This document shows positions 30,201 to 40,922 of a stretch of DNA of 64,000 bases, piece after piece. Where the stretch lies: NCBI GenBank assembly GCA_029856155.1, contig JAHQWL010000075.1:1-64000 (forward strand), in the 5' to 3' direction. The DNA is from Promethearchaeia archaeon (GTDB taxonomy: Archaea; Asgardarchaeota; Lokiarchaeia; Sigyniarchaeales; SOKP01). Each line of letters starts with the position of its first letter. Positions within the stretch are counted from its first letter, which is position 1. The position numbers and the translations under genes were made by a program. Below the pieces are notes generated by a model. The model ran no database searches. It was given only the letters and a program-made list of their open reading frames with translations, and had not been told where the DNA came from.

Positions 30201-30809
30201 CTAAACTAAATAGGGAAAACTAGTTGAAAAACCCAGAAATATTATCATCACAAGTGATTTAATCAAAAGTTGGACTATTCCATGAGGATTACTTATCACA
30301 CGGTTATTATTGATTAAATAATAAAGACTCAAGAAGAAATATATTATTCCCAAAAATGAAGTAAATGCTATAATAGGATGCATATATATCAAGAACTTAT
30401 CACTTAAAAATAAATAAGATTCAGGAATATAACTAACTACCATCTCTATTAAAAAATAAATTAAACCATTTGGCAGGGGAGACAATATCCACATTAAAAA
30501 GTATATTAAATAATTGAATAATATCCCAAAACCAAAAGATAAATAAAGCGTGCCTAATATCAATCGTACTTTTCCGAGCTGATCCTCTTCCTTCAATACA
30601 CCTTTGCTTCTTTGTTGAAGAAAAATCCCTCTTAATCTTGTCAAGGTTAAGAGTCCGATGAAAATTATTATAAAAACAAACGTATATTTCATGAACGGAA
30701 AGATAGCTTGAAAGAACCCAAAATATAACCTCTCTAAATCAGATAAGAGAATACCCGATAGTAAATCTTCTATGAAATCGTTAATCATAAAATTCAGTAT
30801 ATAATTCAA
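30201..30809 (-). CDS. Membrane protein of unknown function
   Basis: Four to five hydrophobic segments. Confidence 0.6.
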   Translation of the reverse strand: MNYILNFMINDFIEDLLSGILLSDLERLYFGFFQAIFPFMKYTFVFIIIFIGLLTLTRLRGIFLQQRSKGVLKEEDQLGKVRLILGTLYLSFGFGILFNYLIYFLMWILSPLPNGLIYFLIEMVVSYIPESYLFLSDKFLIYMHPIIAFTSFLGIIYFFLSLYYLINNNRVISNPHGIVQLLIKSLVMIIFLGFSTSFPYLV

Positions 30810-30916
30810 CCTATTTTATTATTCTATTTTGAATATTTAAAGTCTACAAATAATCTAATATAAGATGCTTAAAAAAATGAGATAAATAACAGCACTCAAG
30901 ACAAGTAAATTTACAG

Positions 30917-31384
30917 TTAAGTTATCTTTTCACATTCATTATTAATAACTTTCATGGTTGCGTTAAAATCTTGCCACCAATCTTGCCCTTGCTGAGCTAC
31001 TAACATAGGATCGATCTTATGAGAGTCTAAGCACCTGATCTCTTCTTTATGGGATTTAACTTTCCCTTGCCATATTTGAGAAATAATATTTTGTAAATTA
31101 ATTTTTACTTTTCTGATTAATTCCTCGTACGGAACTGAAACATCTTCAATCTTTTGTAATCTTTGAAGTTGGTCAAACTTCACCTTTTCTTTTGCCCGAT
31201 TTAAATCACCACAACTGATTTTAATAGAAAAAGGCTCCTCTTTTCCCCATTTGCAAAATTTTTGAATATCACATAAAGAACAATAACTTTCAAAACTAAT
31301 TGTGTAATCCTCAAGACCAACTATCGAATAATTTAAAATTTTTGGCATTTTTCTTCTAATATTTATTAATAATAACATACACAC
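30917..31384 (-). CDS. Cys-containing hypothetical protein (start may be MPKIL at ~31348)
   Basis: CSLCDIQKFC...CGDL...; clean ORF. Confidence 0.65.
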   Translation of the reverse strand: MCMLLLINIRRKMPKILNYSIVGLEDYTISFESYCSLCDIQKFCKWGKEEPFSIKISCGDLNRAKEKVKFDQLQRLQKIEDVSVPYEELIRKVKINLQNIISQIWQGKVKSHKEEIRCLDSHKIDPMLVAQQGQDWWQDFNATMKVINNECEKIT

Positions 31385-31455
31385 TTTAATCTATTATATT
31401 TTAGGGCGTTCAATTTTTTGGTTTAATTTAAAAACCTAATTATAAAAAAAAATAC

Positions 31456-32286
31456 ATGAGACTTGAAAATAAAAAGAAATTCTATCTAACTGTAATTTCT
31501 ATATCTGTCATTATTGGTGCAATTTCAGTTGTTCTATTGTATATATTTAATTGGAATGCTATAATACAGTCCTATCTTACCCATGAGGGTGCTTTAGGCG
31601 TAGTGTTAATTATATCGAGCAGAATAATTATTTTGTCTGGAATGGTCATATATACCTTTTATAAATGGTTTCAGCAAGAACAACAATATTTCTCAGATTT
31701 GCCCTTTTTATTCGGGATTTTCTTTTTATTTCTTGTATTCGGAAAGGCTTTAGATTTATTTGCTGACTTTATTTATTTTGAATTGAATGAAACCCTCGTT
31801 TTAAATGTACTTAAGACTCGATACTTCATTATGATCTTTGACTTCTTACCTATGATATACCTTAGTACTGAAATGATTCTTTTTTCATTTTCATTGAGAT
31901 CACGCTTCAACAGACTTACCAACGAGGAAATGCGCAATAAGATAAACTATCGGTTGATTTTCAGCATTTTATTGATCGAGTTCATCGCAGGATTCTTAGC
32001 TCCAAGTGTTAGAAGTTTAACCATATACTATCCTATTATCATCATTCCTTCATTACTTACGATCTTCTGGCTCTTTAGATTTGCATATAAAAACAAACGC
32101 CTCTCTCAAGTAAACACCTTAATCTTAACAATAGGATTCGGAGCATATTTAATCTCTCAAATTGTCCGCCCCTTAGCACAGTTTATTATAGGAGAATCTG
32201 ATGTTTTCGTGATTTTTGCAGAATCAATAGACCTAGTAATTTTCCTAGTCATATTTCTCGGGTTTTACCGGGAATCTAAGTATTAA
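31456..32286 (+). CDS. Multi-pass (~7-8 TM) membrane protein
   Basis: Regularly spaced hydrophobic helices and no soluble domain. Confidence 0.65.
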   Translation: MRLENKKKFYLTVISISVIIGAISVVLLYIFNWNAIIQSYLTHEGALGVVLIISSRIIILSGMVIYTFYKWFQQEQQYFSDLPFLFGIFFLFLVFGKALDLFADFIYFELNETLVLNVLKTRYFIMIFDFLPMIYLSTEMILFSFSLRSRFNRLTNEEMRNKINYRLIFSILLIEFIAGFLAPSVRSLTIYYPIIIIPSLLTIFWLFRFAYKNKRLSQVNTLILTIGFGAYLISQIVRPLAQFIIGESDVFVIFAESIDLVIFLVIFLGFYRESKY

Positions 32287-32374
32287 ACTCTTTTTTTTAA
32301 ATTATCATGATAATATATCATATTTCCCAAATTTTACTTCTTTAAATAATTAGAATCAAAAATTAAAATGTATT

Positions 32375-33601
32375 ATGTTTAAATCAAAAAGACATGAATC
32401 AAAATCATATTTGAATTTAAATTATATTACATTTATATTCATCTATTTGGTTTCTTCATCTATTTTTGTTTTTCTTAATAATTATTTCCCTATTCTTTTC
32501 TTTGATGTCTTTAATGTTAATCGATTCTTGCTTGCATTAATGCAGTTTCTTGCTTATTCTATTTTGTTATTACGTCCAGCTTTTGCAGCTATAACAGACA
32601 AATATAAAATCAAGGGGTATCAACGGAAATATTATATTATTTTATCTGGGTATTTTTTAGGTTTAATTTATATCCTGATGGGGCTAAATATTAATAATAT
32701 TTTAATATATGGTGTTTTCTTATTTTTGATTTATATGTTAAGTACAATGTTAGATGTCTCTACCAAATCATTAGTTATTGATATCTCTCCAACTAATGAA
32801 ATTAAGAAAAAATATCTTTTCTTTATATGCGTTGGTGAAGCTCTAGGAAAATTCTTTCCCTTTCTACTATTTTTTCTTCTAATCAATAATATATATTCAA
32901 TAGCTTCTTGGGAAACTTTGATTATCTGTAGTTTTCTTTTGTTAATACCCTTGTTAAGTATATTGCCATTCATTACTGAAAGAAGTCAAACTAATATTCA
33001 AGTCGTTCAAAATCCTGAAGATTTTAGAAATTCTGAAGATTATTGTTTAGATTTACCAAAAAATGCTAAAAAAATATTCGTATTACTCTGTATATTTGTA
33101 TTTTTTGCATTTAGTGATGTTATTTTCATATATCCATTTTACCCTTTTATATTAAATAAATTTGGACTTAAGAATTTTAACCTTTTTAATTTTTTTTTAA
33201 TTTTTTACTTCCTTATAAGCATAACAAGTAGCGCAATCGGAAGTTTTCTTATAAAAAGAACAAAACCTAAAAAAATTATATTATTATTAATCCCAATTAT
33301 AGGTCTTATTTATTTCTTGATAACAATTGTCCCTTTTACTATTTTTGTAATTTTATATTTTTTAGTATGTTCATTAGGAACAATTACTAACTTGAATATT
33401 TCAGTTTATATAATGAAATTTAAAAATGGAAGTAAATCGGTTTACTTTCACATTATAGCATCGTTTAGAAATCTTTCGACATTCATCTTTCTTCCGTTAG
33501 GAACTTTATTATCAGGATTCATCGCTACAGAATATCTAATCATCATTGGGGCTTTTTTACTGAATATATCACTCATCCCTTTAATATTTATAACGCTTTA
33601 A
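32375..33601 (+). CDS. Major facilitator superfamily transporter (BT1/AmpG-like)
   Basis: About 12 TM; RPAFAAITDKYKIKGYQRKYY loop and DVSTKSLVID. Confidence 0.8.
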   Translation: MFKSKRHESKSYLNLNYITFIFIYLVSSSIFVFLNNYFPILFFDVFNVNRFLLALMQFLAYSILLLRPAFAAITDKYKIKGYQRKYYIILSGYFLGLIYILMGLNINNILIYGVFLFLIYMLSTMLDVSTKSLVIDISPTNEIKKKYLFFICVGEALGKFFPFLLFFLLINNIYSIASWETLIICSFLLLIPLLSILPFITERSQTNIQVVQNPEDFRNSEDYCLDLPKNAKKIFVLLCIFVFFAFSDVIFIYPFYPFILNKFGLKNFNLFNFFLIFYFLISITSSAIGSFLIKRTKPKKIILLLIPIIGLIYFLITIVPFTIFVILYFLVCSLGTITNLNISVYIMKFKNGSKSVYFHIIASFRNLSTFIFLPLGTLLSGFIATEYLIIIGAFLLNISLIPLIFITL

Positions 33602-33665
33602 TACCAAAATCAAGTTAAATATCAATGATATCTGTAGAATATCCAATAAAGAAAAGAAAAAATAG

Positions 33666-33686
33666 AAGAATCTTAAAAAGATTCTT
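33666..33686 (-). terminator. Perfect 9-bp hairpin followed by a T-rich run on the minus strand
   Basis: AAGAATCTT-N3-AAGATTCTT begins 3 nt after the micro-ORF stop. It could also terminate the convergent MFS gene. Confidence 0.5.
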
Positions 33687-33688
33687 AT

Positions 33689-33718
33689 CTAGCCTCCTCC
33701 TTCTCCAGTAGATGGCAT
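33689..33718 (-). CDS. Candidate micro-ORF MPSTGEGGG (9 aa), divergent from giant protein 1
   Basis: GC-rich island in an AT-rich spacer; TTTATAAA at 33740-33747 lies 21 nt upstream of the ATG; hairpin downstream; shares G-[E/D]-GGG with ORF 48964-49077. Confidence 0.45.
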   Translation of the reverse strand: MPSTGEGGG

Positions 33719-33835
33719 ACCTTTATTTCTAAATGCAATTTTATAAAGTAAACGAAAAAAAAATAATGCAAATAAAGATTATATAAAATTATAAAATATC
33801 TTAATAATAGTGTAAAAAAAACTGTATTATCTAAT

Positions 33836-36800
33836 ATGCTTGGACTTTTTAATTATAAAACTTTAGAGGAGTTATCCATAGGAAAGGGTTTGAGTCGAAT
33901 ACAAAATGTATTTAACACTTTTATTCATGAATTAGAGGATAATCTTAAGATACAACCCATTTACCCAAATATTTTAATAAAAATTATTGACAAAGAAAGT
34001 TTACCAATAGGAAAAAACATATCTATTCTTGATTTTGGGGTTAATAGAATAATTAAAAATACTAAATTAATTATAGAAGTTCCCAAAAATAAATTTTTAC
34101 CATTCATATTGTTTAGAGAAGCATGTTATTCCTTCCTTCCAAATGGTATAAGTCAACTCGTTAAAATTTGTATAAATCAAATTGTAGAAAACAATCTCAT
34201 CGGAGTATCGACTTCTAAAGAATGGAAAAAGTTTATAAGAGATTCCCTAGTAAACAGGGATTTCATTTACTCTCAATTTGATAAATTAAAAAAGTTTTTT
34301 AAAATTGAAGCAGAAGAGCCGTTTGAGAGTTCTACTCAGTTTTTTTTTAAGGAAATGAGAGAAAACATCGAATTGAGCAAAAATAATAACCTCAATAGGT
34401 TCTATGATATAATTTTTGAAAACTATGCTTATAAAACATCAAGATCTATATTTAACTCAGATATTATTAAAACACTGAGGATCCTAATTCAAATTTTCTA
34501 CGAGACTAAAACATATCTAAATTTAACAGATTATCAAACCAAATTTAAAGAGTTTAAAGAAAAAAAGAATTTAGAATTAGAGATAAGTTTGAGAAAATTT
34601 ACAGAAAATATGCAATGGATTAATAAGTGTTCTTCCATTTCGCCTTCATATGAAATCTCCTTTGATAGTATTGACCTTCATCTAATTATAGGTATCATAA
34701 AATTCAATCCCCTTTTAGAAAGAATAAAAATCAAGACTGTTATGGAACAATGGCTATTTTATCATTCTCCAAAATTATGTGAAAATAGTTTTACAACTGA
34801 ACTCTTTTTATTTTTTATTGTTCCCAGACTATATTTAAAAGATCTGTTAAATTATTTTGATAGCTTAAAAGATTCTGGATTTGTTCTTTACAATAAGTTT
34901 TATCAAGTTTCAAGTAAAACATCGCTAATAAACTTAAACTATTTTATGAACGTCTCTAACGTAATTAAGATAATAGAACCATCAAGTATTAAGTATAGGA
35001 GTAATTATGAAATTGAAACTGTCACTGAATATCCCCCTATCCCCCATCAATCCCCCTTGTCCCTATTTGATTTTACCCTTTTAGATCGTATAAAATATGT
35101 TTCAGTCACGGGTTTAACTTTTGATAAAAGAATAGAAACATTAAATGCAATAAAAGATGATATCAAAAATGAGTTACGAAAACAGAAAACATTTAATAGC
35201 CAGTTTAAGGACAATTTAAGTAAACTTAATAAATATAAACACCAATTTTTGCAGTTATTAGAAGAGAATGAGAAACAAGGATTTTTATACTTTTATTCTC
35301 AACTAAACAATATTCTAAATTACATTGATCTAATTGATGGTGTTTTAAATGAGCATTCAGAGATATTAAATATATATCAGCTCAAGACTTTCATAGATGA
35401 AAAAGCAACCTTTCAAATCATCGATGACCAATTAATTTTACAAAATGAAAATATTAATAAAATAGTATTTCATCATTTTCTTCCTCTTTATTTTCAATCT
35501 AAAAGCTCATTTAGAGAAGAAGTAGAAAAATACCAAAATTACTATGACATCTTAAATACCTGTAAAAATCTTAAAATTTTAGATCTGAGGAAAATAAAGA
35601 AAATTGTTAGTGAATCTAAGTTAGCTGATAAAATTTATGAAACAAGAGAAAAAATATACAAGGAATTATTTAAGACTGTAAGTTCATATAAAATTACAAA
35701 TGAGAAAATTGAATCTACTATCAGAACATTTTTAAATCATGATCCTCCGGTGTTGAATCCACTTCTAATAAATACAATTTTCACAAGTACATTTGCGAAA
35801 TATTATCCTGAATTAATACTAAAATATACACCTGAAGTTTATAATCAACTTCAAAAATTGAAACCATATTTTCCAAGAATTTTTATATATAAAATGATAG
35901 AGCTTAAAACAAACAAAAATTTCATTAATATTTCAATCTATTTTCTGAATATCAAAGAAAAAAAACTATTCTTATCGGTCTTATATTCTTATTTTAATGA
36001 CTATATAATTACAATTAAACGTTTTTTTTGGAGAGGTTTTGTAAGAATCCCTGAACTATTGGCAAGAGATTTTTACGATTTTAAATCTAAGCAATTCTTC
36101 TATTCAGAAGATATTTTCAGCCAACTTCAAAAATTTTCTGAAAAAATTCTTGGTGAAAAATTGGTATATCCTGATTATTCAATGATAAAAAATATAAACG
36201 AATTATTCTGGACCAGAAAGCAAAATATGGATAGTTTGGTAAATGTTGTAAAAGAAAGAATCTCACGTCAAAAAATAGACTTCAACTCAAAAGAATTAAA
36301 GGATTTATCAGATTTTACAAAAAATATCGAAACCTTTATATTAAACAGAACTAAATTTATAGATCTAAAAATCAAACAATTCTTCAATACATATATAAAA
36401 TCAATAAATTTTCTTCCAGCATTTCAAAAATTTGGCTTTTCACAGTACTATTTATATTTTCGGCCATTTTTTTATAAATCTCCGACTTTCGAAATTGATT
36501 TCAGAATTTTATTTGCAAATTCCTTCCAAAAAATTAAATATCCAGCTGTTATTGAACAAAATCCAGCAATCTATGGCAAGTATATATTTCCATTAAGAAC
36601 TCCTAATAAATCTTATTTGAACTGGCTTGTAAAATCAAAAAAGATTGTTTCTGAGTATTGTCTTTTTTATAACAAGAAATTTTATGAGATTGTTCATTTT
36701 AATCGCAATTTAACAAATGAAAATTGGAGTTATTCATCACTTAGGTTTAAAACTTACATGCAAGATGTATTATTCAATCCCTACTACGAACCAAAGATTT

Positions 36801-37462
36801 CAGGTATTAGAGAATTCGATATTTGTGAAATTTCCGAAACCGAGATCTATGGATATTATACAAAGGAATTCGAAGATTTATCTAATATTTATAATACTCA
36901 ATCTATTGATATTAAATCATTCTTAGGAACAAAACAATATTCCAAGATTAACACAATTATTGAACTCATCAAGAAGAAATTAATTTTCCCTTATATATCA
37001 CTAAAAAATTTAGATTTTCAAGATAAAGTATCAATTATTTTGCCTGATACTAAACAAGAGTTTAATGAAAAGATAATGAAGGTATTTAGTTTTTTTAATA
37101 TGTGTCGAATATATGAAATTGAGGGAGAATTTTTTATATATGGTTTTGAGGAGGAAAAAACTTTTGAAAATGGATTATTAATTGAAATCTGGTTTCCAAA
37201 ATGTGAATTAGATGAATTTTTTAATGTATTTGATTTAATATTTCAATATTTCGAAATTAAACATTATTTAATCTTGACAGACTTAATTAATGGGAAGACC
37301 TTATTAAAGTCCATTTATGGAAACTTAAATTTTTTAAAAGATTATAATCCCTTATTGAACCTAAAATGGAATGATAAAGATAAGATATGGATGAATCATA
37401 AGCTTTTTAATGAAAAGTTCGAACCAATTTACCCAGATTTGATTAAAAAGGAAAATGAATAA
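33836..37462 (+). CDS. Giant (1208 aa) protein of unknown function, paralogue 1; putative degenerate zincin-like N-terminus plus repeated Lrp/AsnC-like HTH-ferredoxin modules
   Basis: Collinear similarity to 45023-48688 (FNPLLE, DFYDF, LPAFQxFG, PNxSYLNWL, IYEIEGE, YLILTDL, WMNHKLF). Lrp-like segments SLFDFTLLDRI and KKLIFPYISLKNLDF. Confidence 0.75.
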   Translation: MLGLFNYKTLEELSIGKGLSRIQNVFNTFIHELEDNLKIQPIYPNILIKIIDKESLPIGKNISILDFGVNRIIKNTKLIIEVPKNKFLPFILFREACYSFLPNGISQLVKICINQIVENNLIGVSTSKEWKKFIRDSLVNRDFIYSQFDKLKKFFKIEAEEPFESSTQFFFKEMRENIELSKNNNLNRFYDIIFENYAYKTSRSIFNSDIIKTLRILIQIFYETKTYLNLTDYQTKFKEFKEKKNLELEISLRKFTENMQWINKCSSISPSYEISFDSIDLHLIIGIIKFNPLLERIKIKTVMEQWLFYHSPKLCENSFTTELFLFFIVPRLYLKDLLNYFDSLKDSGFVLYNKFYQVSSKTSLINLNYFMNVSNVIKIIEPSSIKYRSNYEIETVTEYPPIPHQSPLSLFDFTLLDRIKYVSVTGLTFDKRIETLNAIKDDIKNELRKQKTFNSQFKDNLSKLNKYKHQFLQLLEENEKQGFLYFYSQLNNILNYIDLIDGVLNEHSEILNIYQLKTFIDEKATFQIIDDQLILQNENINKIVFHHFLPLYFQSKSSFREEVEKYQNYYDILNTCKNLKILDLRKIKKIVSESKLADKIYETREKIYKELFKTVSSYKITNEKIESTIRTFLNHDPPVLNPLLINTIFTSTFAKYYPELILKYTPEVYNQLQKLKPYFPRIFIYKMIELKTNKNFINISIYFLNIKEKKLFLSVLYSYFNDYIITIKRFFWRGFVRIPELLARDFYDFKSKQFFYSEDIFSQLQKFSEKILGEKLVYPDYSMIKNINELFWTRKQNMDSLVNVVKERISRQKIDFNSKELKDLSDFTKNIETFILNRTKFIDLKIKQFFNTYIKSINFLPAFQKFGFSQYYLYFRPFFYKSPTFEIDFRILFANSFQKIKYPAVIEQNPAIYGKYIFPLRTPNKSYLNWLVKSKKIVSEYCLFYNKKFYEIVHFNRNLTNENWSYSSLRFKTYMQDVLFNPYYEPKISGIREFDICEISETEIYGYYTKEFEDLSNIYNTQSIDIKSFLGTKQYSKINTIIELIKKKLIFPYISLKNLDFQDKVSIILPDTKQEFNEKIMKVFSFFNMCRIYEIEGEFFIYGFEEEKTFENGLLIEIWFPKCELDEFFNVFDLIFQYFEIKHYLILTDLINGKTLLKSIYGNLNFLKDYNPLLNLKWNDKDKIWMNHKLFNEKFEPIYPDLIKKENE

Positions 37463-37592
37463 GCTTAGAACTTTTAGATTAAACTAAAAGCTAATGTTAA
37501 TTCTTAATTAAAAAGTGTTAAATAATTATAATAAAATTTAAACGTTATTTTGGATATTTTAATAAGTATAAGACATTAAATAGGTAGAAAAA

Positions 37593-37667
37593 GGACCTAT
37601 AGCCTAGCCTGGATAGGGCGTCGGACTTCTAATCCGAAAGTCGCAGGTTCGAATCCTGCTAGGTCCG
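37593..37667 (+). tRNA. tRNA-Arg(TCT)
   Basis: Acceptor GGACCTA/TAGGTCC, anticodon arm TCGGA-CTTCTAA-TCCGA, T arm GCAGG-TTCGAAT-CCTGC. Confidence 0.96.
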
Positions 37668-37670
37668 CTC

Positions 37671-38828
37671 TTAATTTGAAGCTTTAATTTTTAAGTCAGC
37701 AACAATCAATTCAGATTTGGGCGAATAATGCTTAACGATTTTAGAATTAATGATAGACTCAATTTCCCAATAATGACGAGTTATTTCTTCCTCAAGGTTC
37801 TTTAAAGATTTATCAATAGGATTTGGTTTTTCAGAGAATTGATAAAAGTGTAAAATCCCACCAGATTCTTTCATTAAATAGCAAGCTACATCAATAAATT
37901 CGATTGAGCTTTCAGGTAAATTCATGATTATCCTATTTGCTTTATTCCTCAGAAGTTGGCCTAAATGGTTTTTAGGCTCAAGAAGTTCTTTAATATCTAT
38001 ATTTTTTGGAAAAATTTCTCCCTTTAGCTTATTTAAATAAATATTTTCTTTCAGATATTCATAAGCATTGGAGTTAATATCAAACGCATAAATTTTGACA
38101 TTTTTATTTTTCGCAATTTGAATAGAGAAAGTTCCAATGCCAGCAAACATATCAACGATTATCTCGTCTTCTTGTATCCTAGTTGAAGCAATCCTTCGTC
38201 GTTCAAAGACTAATCTTGGTGAGAAGTATGTATTCTTAACATCAAGCTTAAAAATACAATCATTTTCCCTATGAATTGTCTCAGATTTTTCTTCACCGTA
38301 CAAAACATCTAATTCTCGTAAACGATATTTTCCTTTGATTTGACTCTTTTTCTCATAAACGGTTTTTACATTTTTATTTACGTTTGATATCCCCTTAGCA
38401 ACCATCTGCTTATAAACGCTGAAATCCTTATCATCAATATTAATAAATTTATCAAACTCGATTATAGCTATACTTCCAACAATATCATATGATTTTGGAA
38501 TTACTTCTGAATACCTATCCGGTATTTTACCTTCTAATGCTTCCTGAAGTGTTCTATATTTAAAATTTTCTTTGGGTATTCCTTCTTTGGAAATTAATTC
38601 AAAATTAATTTTTTTATCTACTGATGAAGTTACTCTATCGATTAGAGTTTGGTCTTTAACTATTGGAAATAGTATATTTTCATTCTCATATAAAATTTTA
38701 AATCTTTGATTAATAAGTTGGGTATTTTTTAACTTATTTTTTAAAAAATTAATGAATGCTTGTCCATCTTTCGCTTTAAATTTAATGTATAAGATCTCAG
38801 TTTGGTTATAATTTCCCATTTTTCTCAT
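37671..38828 (-). CDS. trm5: Trm5-family tRNA m1G37 methyltransferase
   Basis: SYDIVGSIAI, YFSPRL, VDMFAGIGTF, IIMNLP. Confidence 0.9.
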   Translation of the reverse strand: MRKMGNYNQTEILYIKFKAKDGQAFINFLKNKLKNTQLINQRFKILYENENILFPIVKDQTLIDRVTSSVDKKINFELISKEGIPKENFKYRTLQEALEGKIPDRYSEVIPKSYDIVGSIAIIEFDKFINIDDKDFSVYKQMVAKGISNVNKNVKTVYEKKSQIKGKYRLRELDVLYGEEKSETIHRENDCIFKLDVKNTYFSPRLVFERRRIASTRIQEDEIIVDMFAGIGTFSIQIAKNKNVKIYAFDINSNAYEYLKENIYLNKLKGEIFPKNIDIKELLEPKNHLGQLLRNKANRIIMNLPESSIEFIDVACYLMKESGGILHFYQFSEKPNPIDKSLKNLEEEITRHYWEIESIINSKIVKHYSPKSELIVADLKIKASN

Positions 38829-39243
38829 TTATTTCAAATATGATTGAAAATTTTTTTCCAGAAATTTTTAGATTTTCGATTAGTTCACGGTTTATTTCAA
38901 TCGATGATTTAGTACAATTTATTAGAACCGTTCTATCACAAATAAAATCGCTTTTGCGAAAAACCATATCTTTTTTATCCACTAATCTTAATTCTTTATT
39001 TCCAAAACCATAAAAGCAATCTTGAAGATTTTCCAACCTTAAAATGATTTTTATTTTACTTCCATCTTTTATTTCCTTTTTTAAACAGGGATTTAAATCA
39101 CAACAAGCTTTTGAAGCATTTATTCCTATGATACAATTTCCTTTCTTTGTTAAACTCTTTTCTTTTGTAATTTCAATAGTTGTACTATGCGTACAGAGAA
39201 TATTTTCGTGTCCATAGGCAAAAATCTTTTCTAAAATCGCCAT
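38806..39243 (-). CDS. DUF371 family protein
   Basis: GHENILCTHSTTIEITKE...GNCIIGI...VFRKSDFICDRT. Confidence 0.88.
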   Translation of the reverse strand: MAILEKIFAYGHENILCTHSTTIEITKEKSLTKKGNCIIGINASKACCDLNPCLKKEIKDGSKIKIILRLENLQDCFYGFGNKELRLVDKKDMVFRKSDFICDRTVLINCTKSSIEINRELIENLKISGKKFSIIFEINEKNGKL

Positions 39244-39248
39244 ATACT

Positions 39249-40895
39249 TTATTCATCCCTAAAGAATTGTAATAAATCGTTTAAATTAGTAAATTTAGAA
39301 TAGTTTGAATGAAATTTAGAATTTAAAAGAGGTTCTAATCCATGAATTGGATTAACAGGGTTAAATTTTTCAACTTCATTAAATTGATTTAAATAGCTCT
39401 CGGGAATTAATACTCCACATTTATGATACTTATTATAATTTTGATTAATATAAGCGCTTGACTTCTTAACTGAGTTCTTATAAAGTTCATCATCCTCTTC
39501 GGAGACCGTTATAGATTCAAATTGTCCCATCGGATATGTACTTATTAATTCAAGTGGAATTATTCCAAAATAGAAAGAATTAAACACAATATGTATGTCT
39601 TTAACAGCGATTATTGTATTATCATTTATCTCTTTAAGCCAATTTTGGATTGTTGGAGAATTTTCTCCTCTAGCATCTAATTCTGGTAATATTATTAAAA
39701 ACTTTACATCTTCTGGAACCCGATAGTTGATATTAATCCTCTTCTCATATCTGGTAATCAAAGGTCTGTAAATATCTTCAGTAGAAACAAACATTCTCCC
39801 ATGCTTCTTATACACTTTTTCATAGAGTTCAAACACAGGAGATTTTTTCTTTAAGATCCGTACTGCTTTGATTAAATTAGGGTGTGCTCTTACACGTTGA
39901 TCAACAAGTTCCCACAAATTCCCCTCTCTTATTGCTTGTCTAATTGTTTTTAGCTCAGAAAAAGAAAGATACAAGTTATGTTCTGCTAAGAGTTTAATTC
40001 GCAAATTATCTTCGAATTTCCTCAGTTCATTTGGTTTAAATTTTGTACAAATTGGGCAATGGCATGGAAATTCTTCTAAATCCTCAAGATTTTTTGTACC
40101 TGTGGATAAGGTAAAATACCTATTCTCTTTAGCATATAAGATATATGCTGCAGAATCCATTAAATCGCAACCACATGCGACAGCTAAGGAAAAAAACTGT
40201 GGTAGACCTAACCCAAACATGTGTAATGGTTTATTTGAGTTTATATTTTTTTTCACATTCAACAAAATTTGAATAGCTCTATCAAATCTGTAATCAAGAA
40301 AAGATTTTACCAATCCCCCAATCGCATAAACATCAAAATCCAGTTTATTCATTTCATTAATACATTTTGTCAAAAGATCATCATATTTACCTCCATGAAT
40401 CGGCCCAAACCATGCACAATTTTCATTGAATCGTCTTTTAACGTTATCTCTTGCTCTATCGATTGTTGCATCAACTTTTTTTTTTGCTATTTCATATGCA
40501 TCATCAGGTTGTACAGGAAGATCAAGGATCACAGGAAAATCTGATTCAATCTTTTCTTGAAATCCTTCAATTTCTTCAGCTTCAATCTTCATATCAGACT
40601 TGTTATACATATACTGTTGAAATGCTCCGCTATCGGTTGCGATAAGACCATCAAAATCAAGAAATTGGTGAATCTTTTTCTTCATGAGGCTTTCTTTTAT
40701 AGTTTCATTTTGAAAAAGGATATAAGCATTCGTAAAAACAGCTTGAGCACCAAAGCTTTTTAAATCAGAAGGTTGAATAACATTTTTAAAAGGATGTACT
40801 ACAGGAAAAAGATTAGGGGTAATCATCTGCTTATTGTTGACTTCTAATTTTCCTATTCTGCCTAAAGCATCTACATCTAGAATTTCATACTTCAT
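39249..40895 (-). CDS. tgtA: Archaeosine tRNA-guanine(15) transglycosylase (no C-terminal PUA domain evident)
   Basis: GRIGKL, TDSGAFQ, HMFGLG, DLMDSAAY, CHCPIC, HNL, LWELVDQRVRAHP. Confidence 0.93.
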   Translation of the reverse strand: MKYEILDVDALGRIGKLEVNNKQMITPNLFPVVHPFKNVIQPSDLKSFGAQAVFTNAYILFQNETIKESLMKKKIHQFLDFDGLIATDSGAFQQYMYNKSDMKIEAEEIEGFQEKIESDFPVILDLPVQPDDAYEIAKKKVDATIDRARDNVKRRFNENCAWFGPIHGGKYDDLLTKCINEMNKLDFDVYAIGGLVKSFLDYRFDRAIQILLNVKKNINSNKPLHMFGLGLPQFFSLAVACGCDLMDSAAYILYAKENRYFTLSTGTKNLEDLEEFPCHCPICTKFKPNELRKFEDNLRIKLLAEHNLYLSFSELKTIRQAIREGNLWELVDQRVRAHPNLIKAVRILKKKSPVFELYEKVYKKHGRMFVSTEDIYRPLITRYEKRININYRVPEDVKFLIILPELDARGENSPTIQNWLKEINDNTIIAVKDIHIVFNSFYFGIIPLELISTYPMGQFESITVSEEDDELYKNSVKKSSAYINQNYNKYHKCGVLIPESYLNQFNEVEKFNPVNPIHGLEPLLNSKFHSNYSKFTNLNDLLQFFRDE

Positions 40896-40922
40896 TTGGT
40901 TTCCTTTGAGAATTTACGTTTA

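Noticed and set aside
33685-33772. Alternative minus-strand readings of the micro-ORF region (MHYFFFVYFIKL...EKEEAR, or an upstream extension of the GEGGG frame)
   Set aside because: The extension has no start codon before an in-frame TAA, and the other frame shares nothing with the paralogous locus. Not excluded, but less supported.
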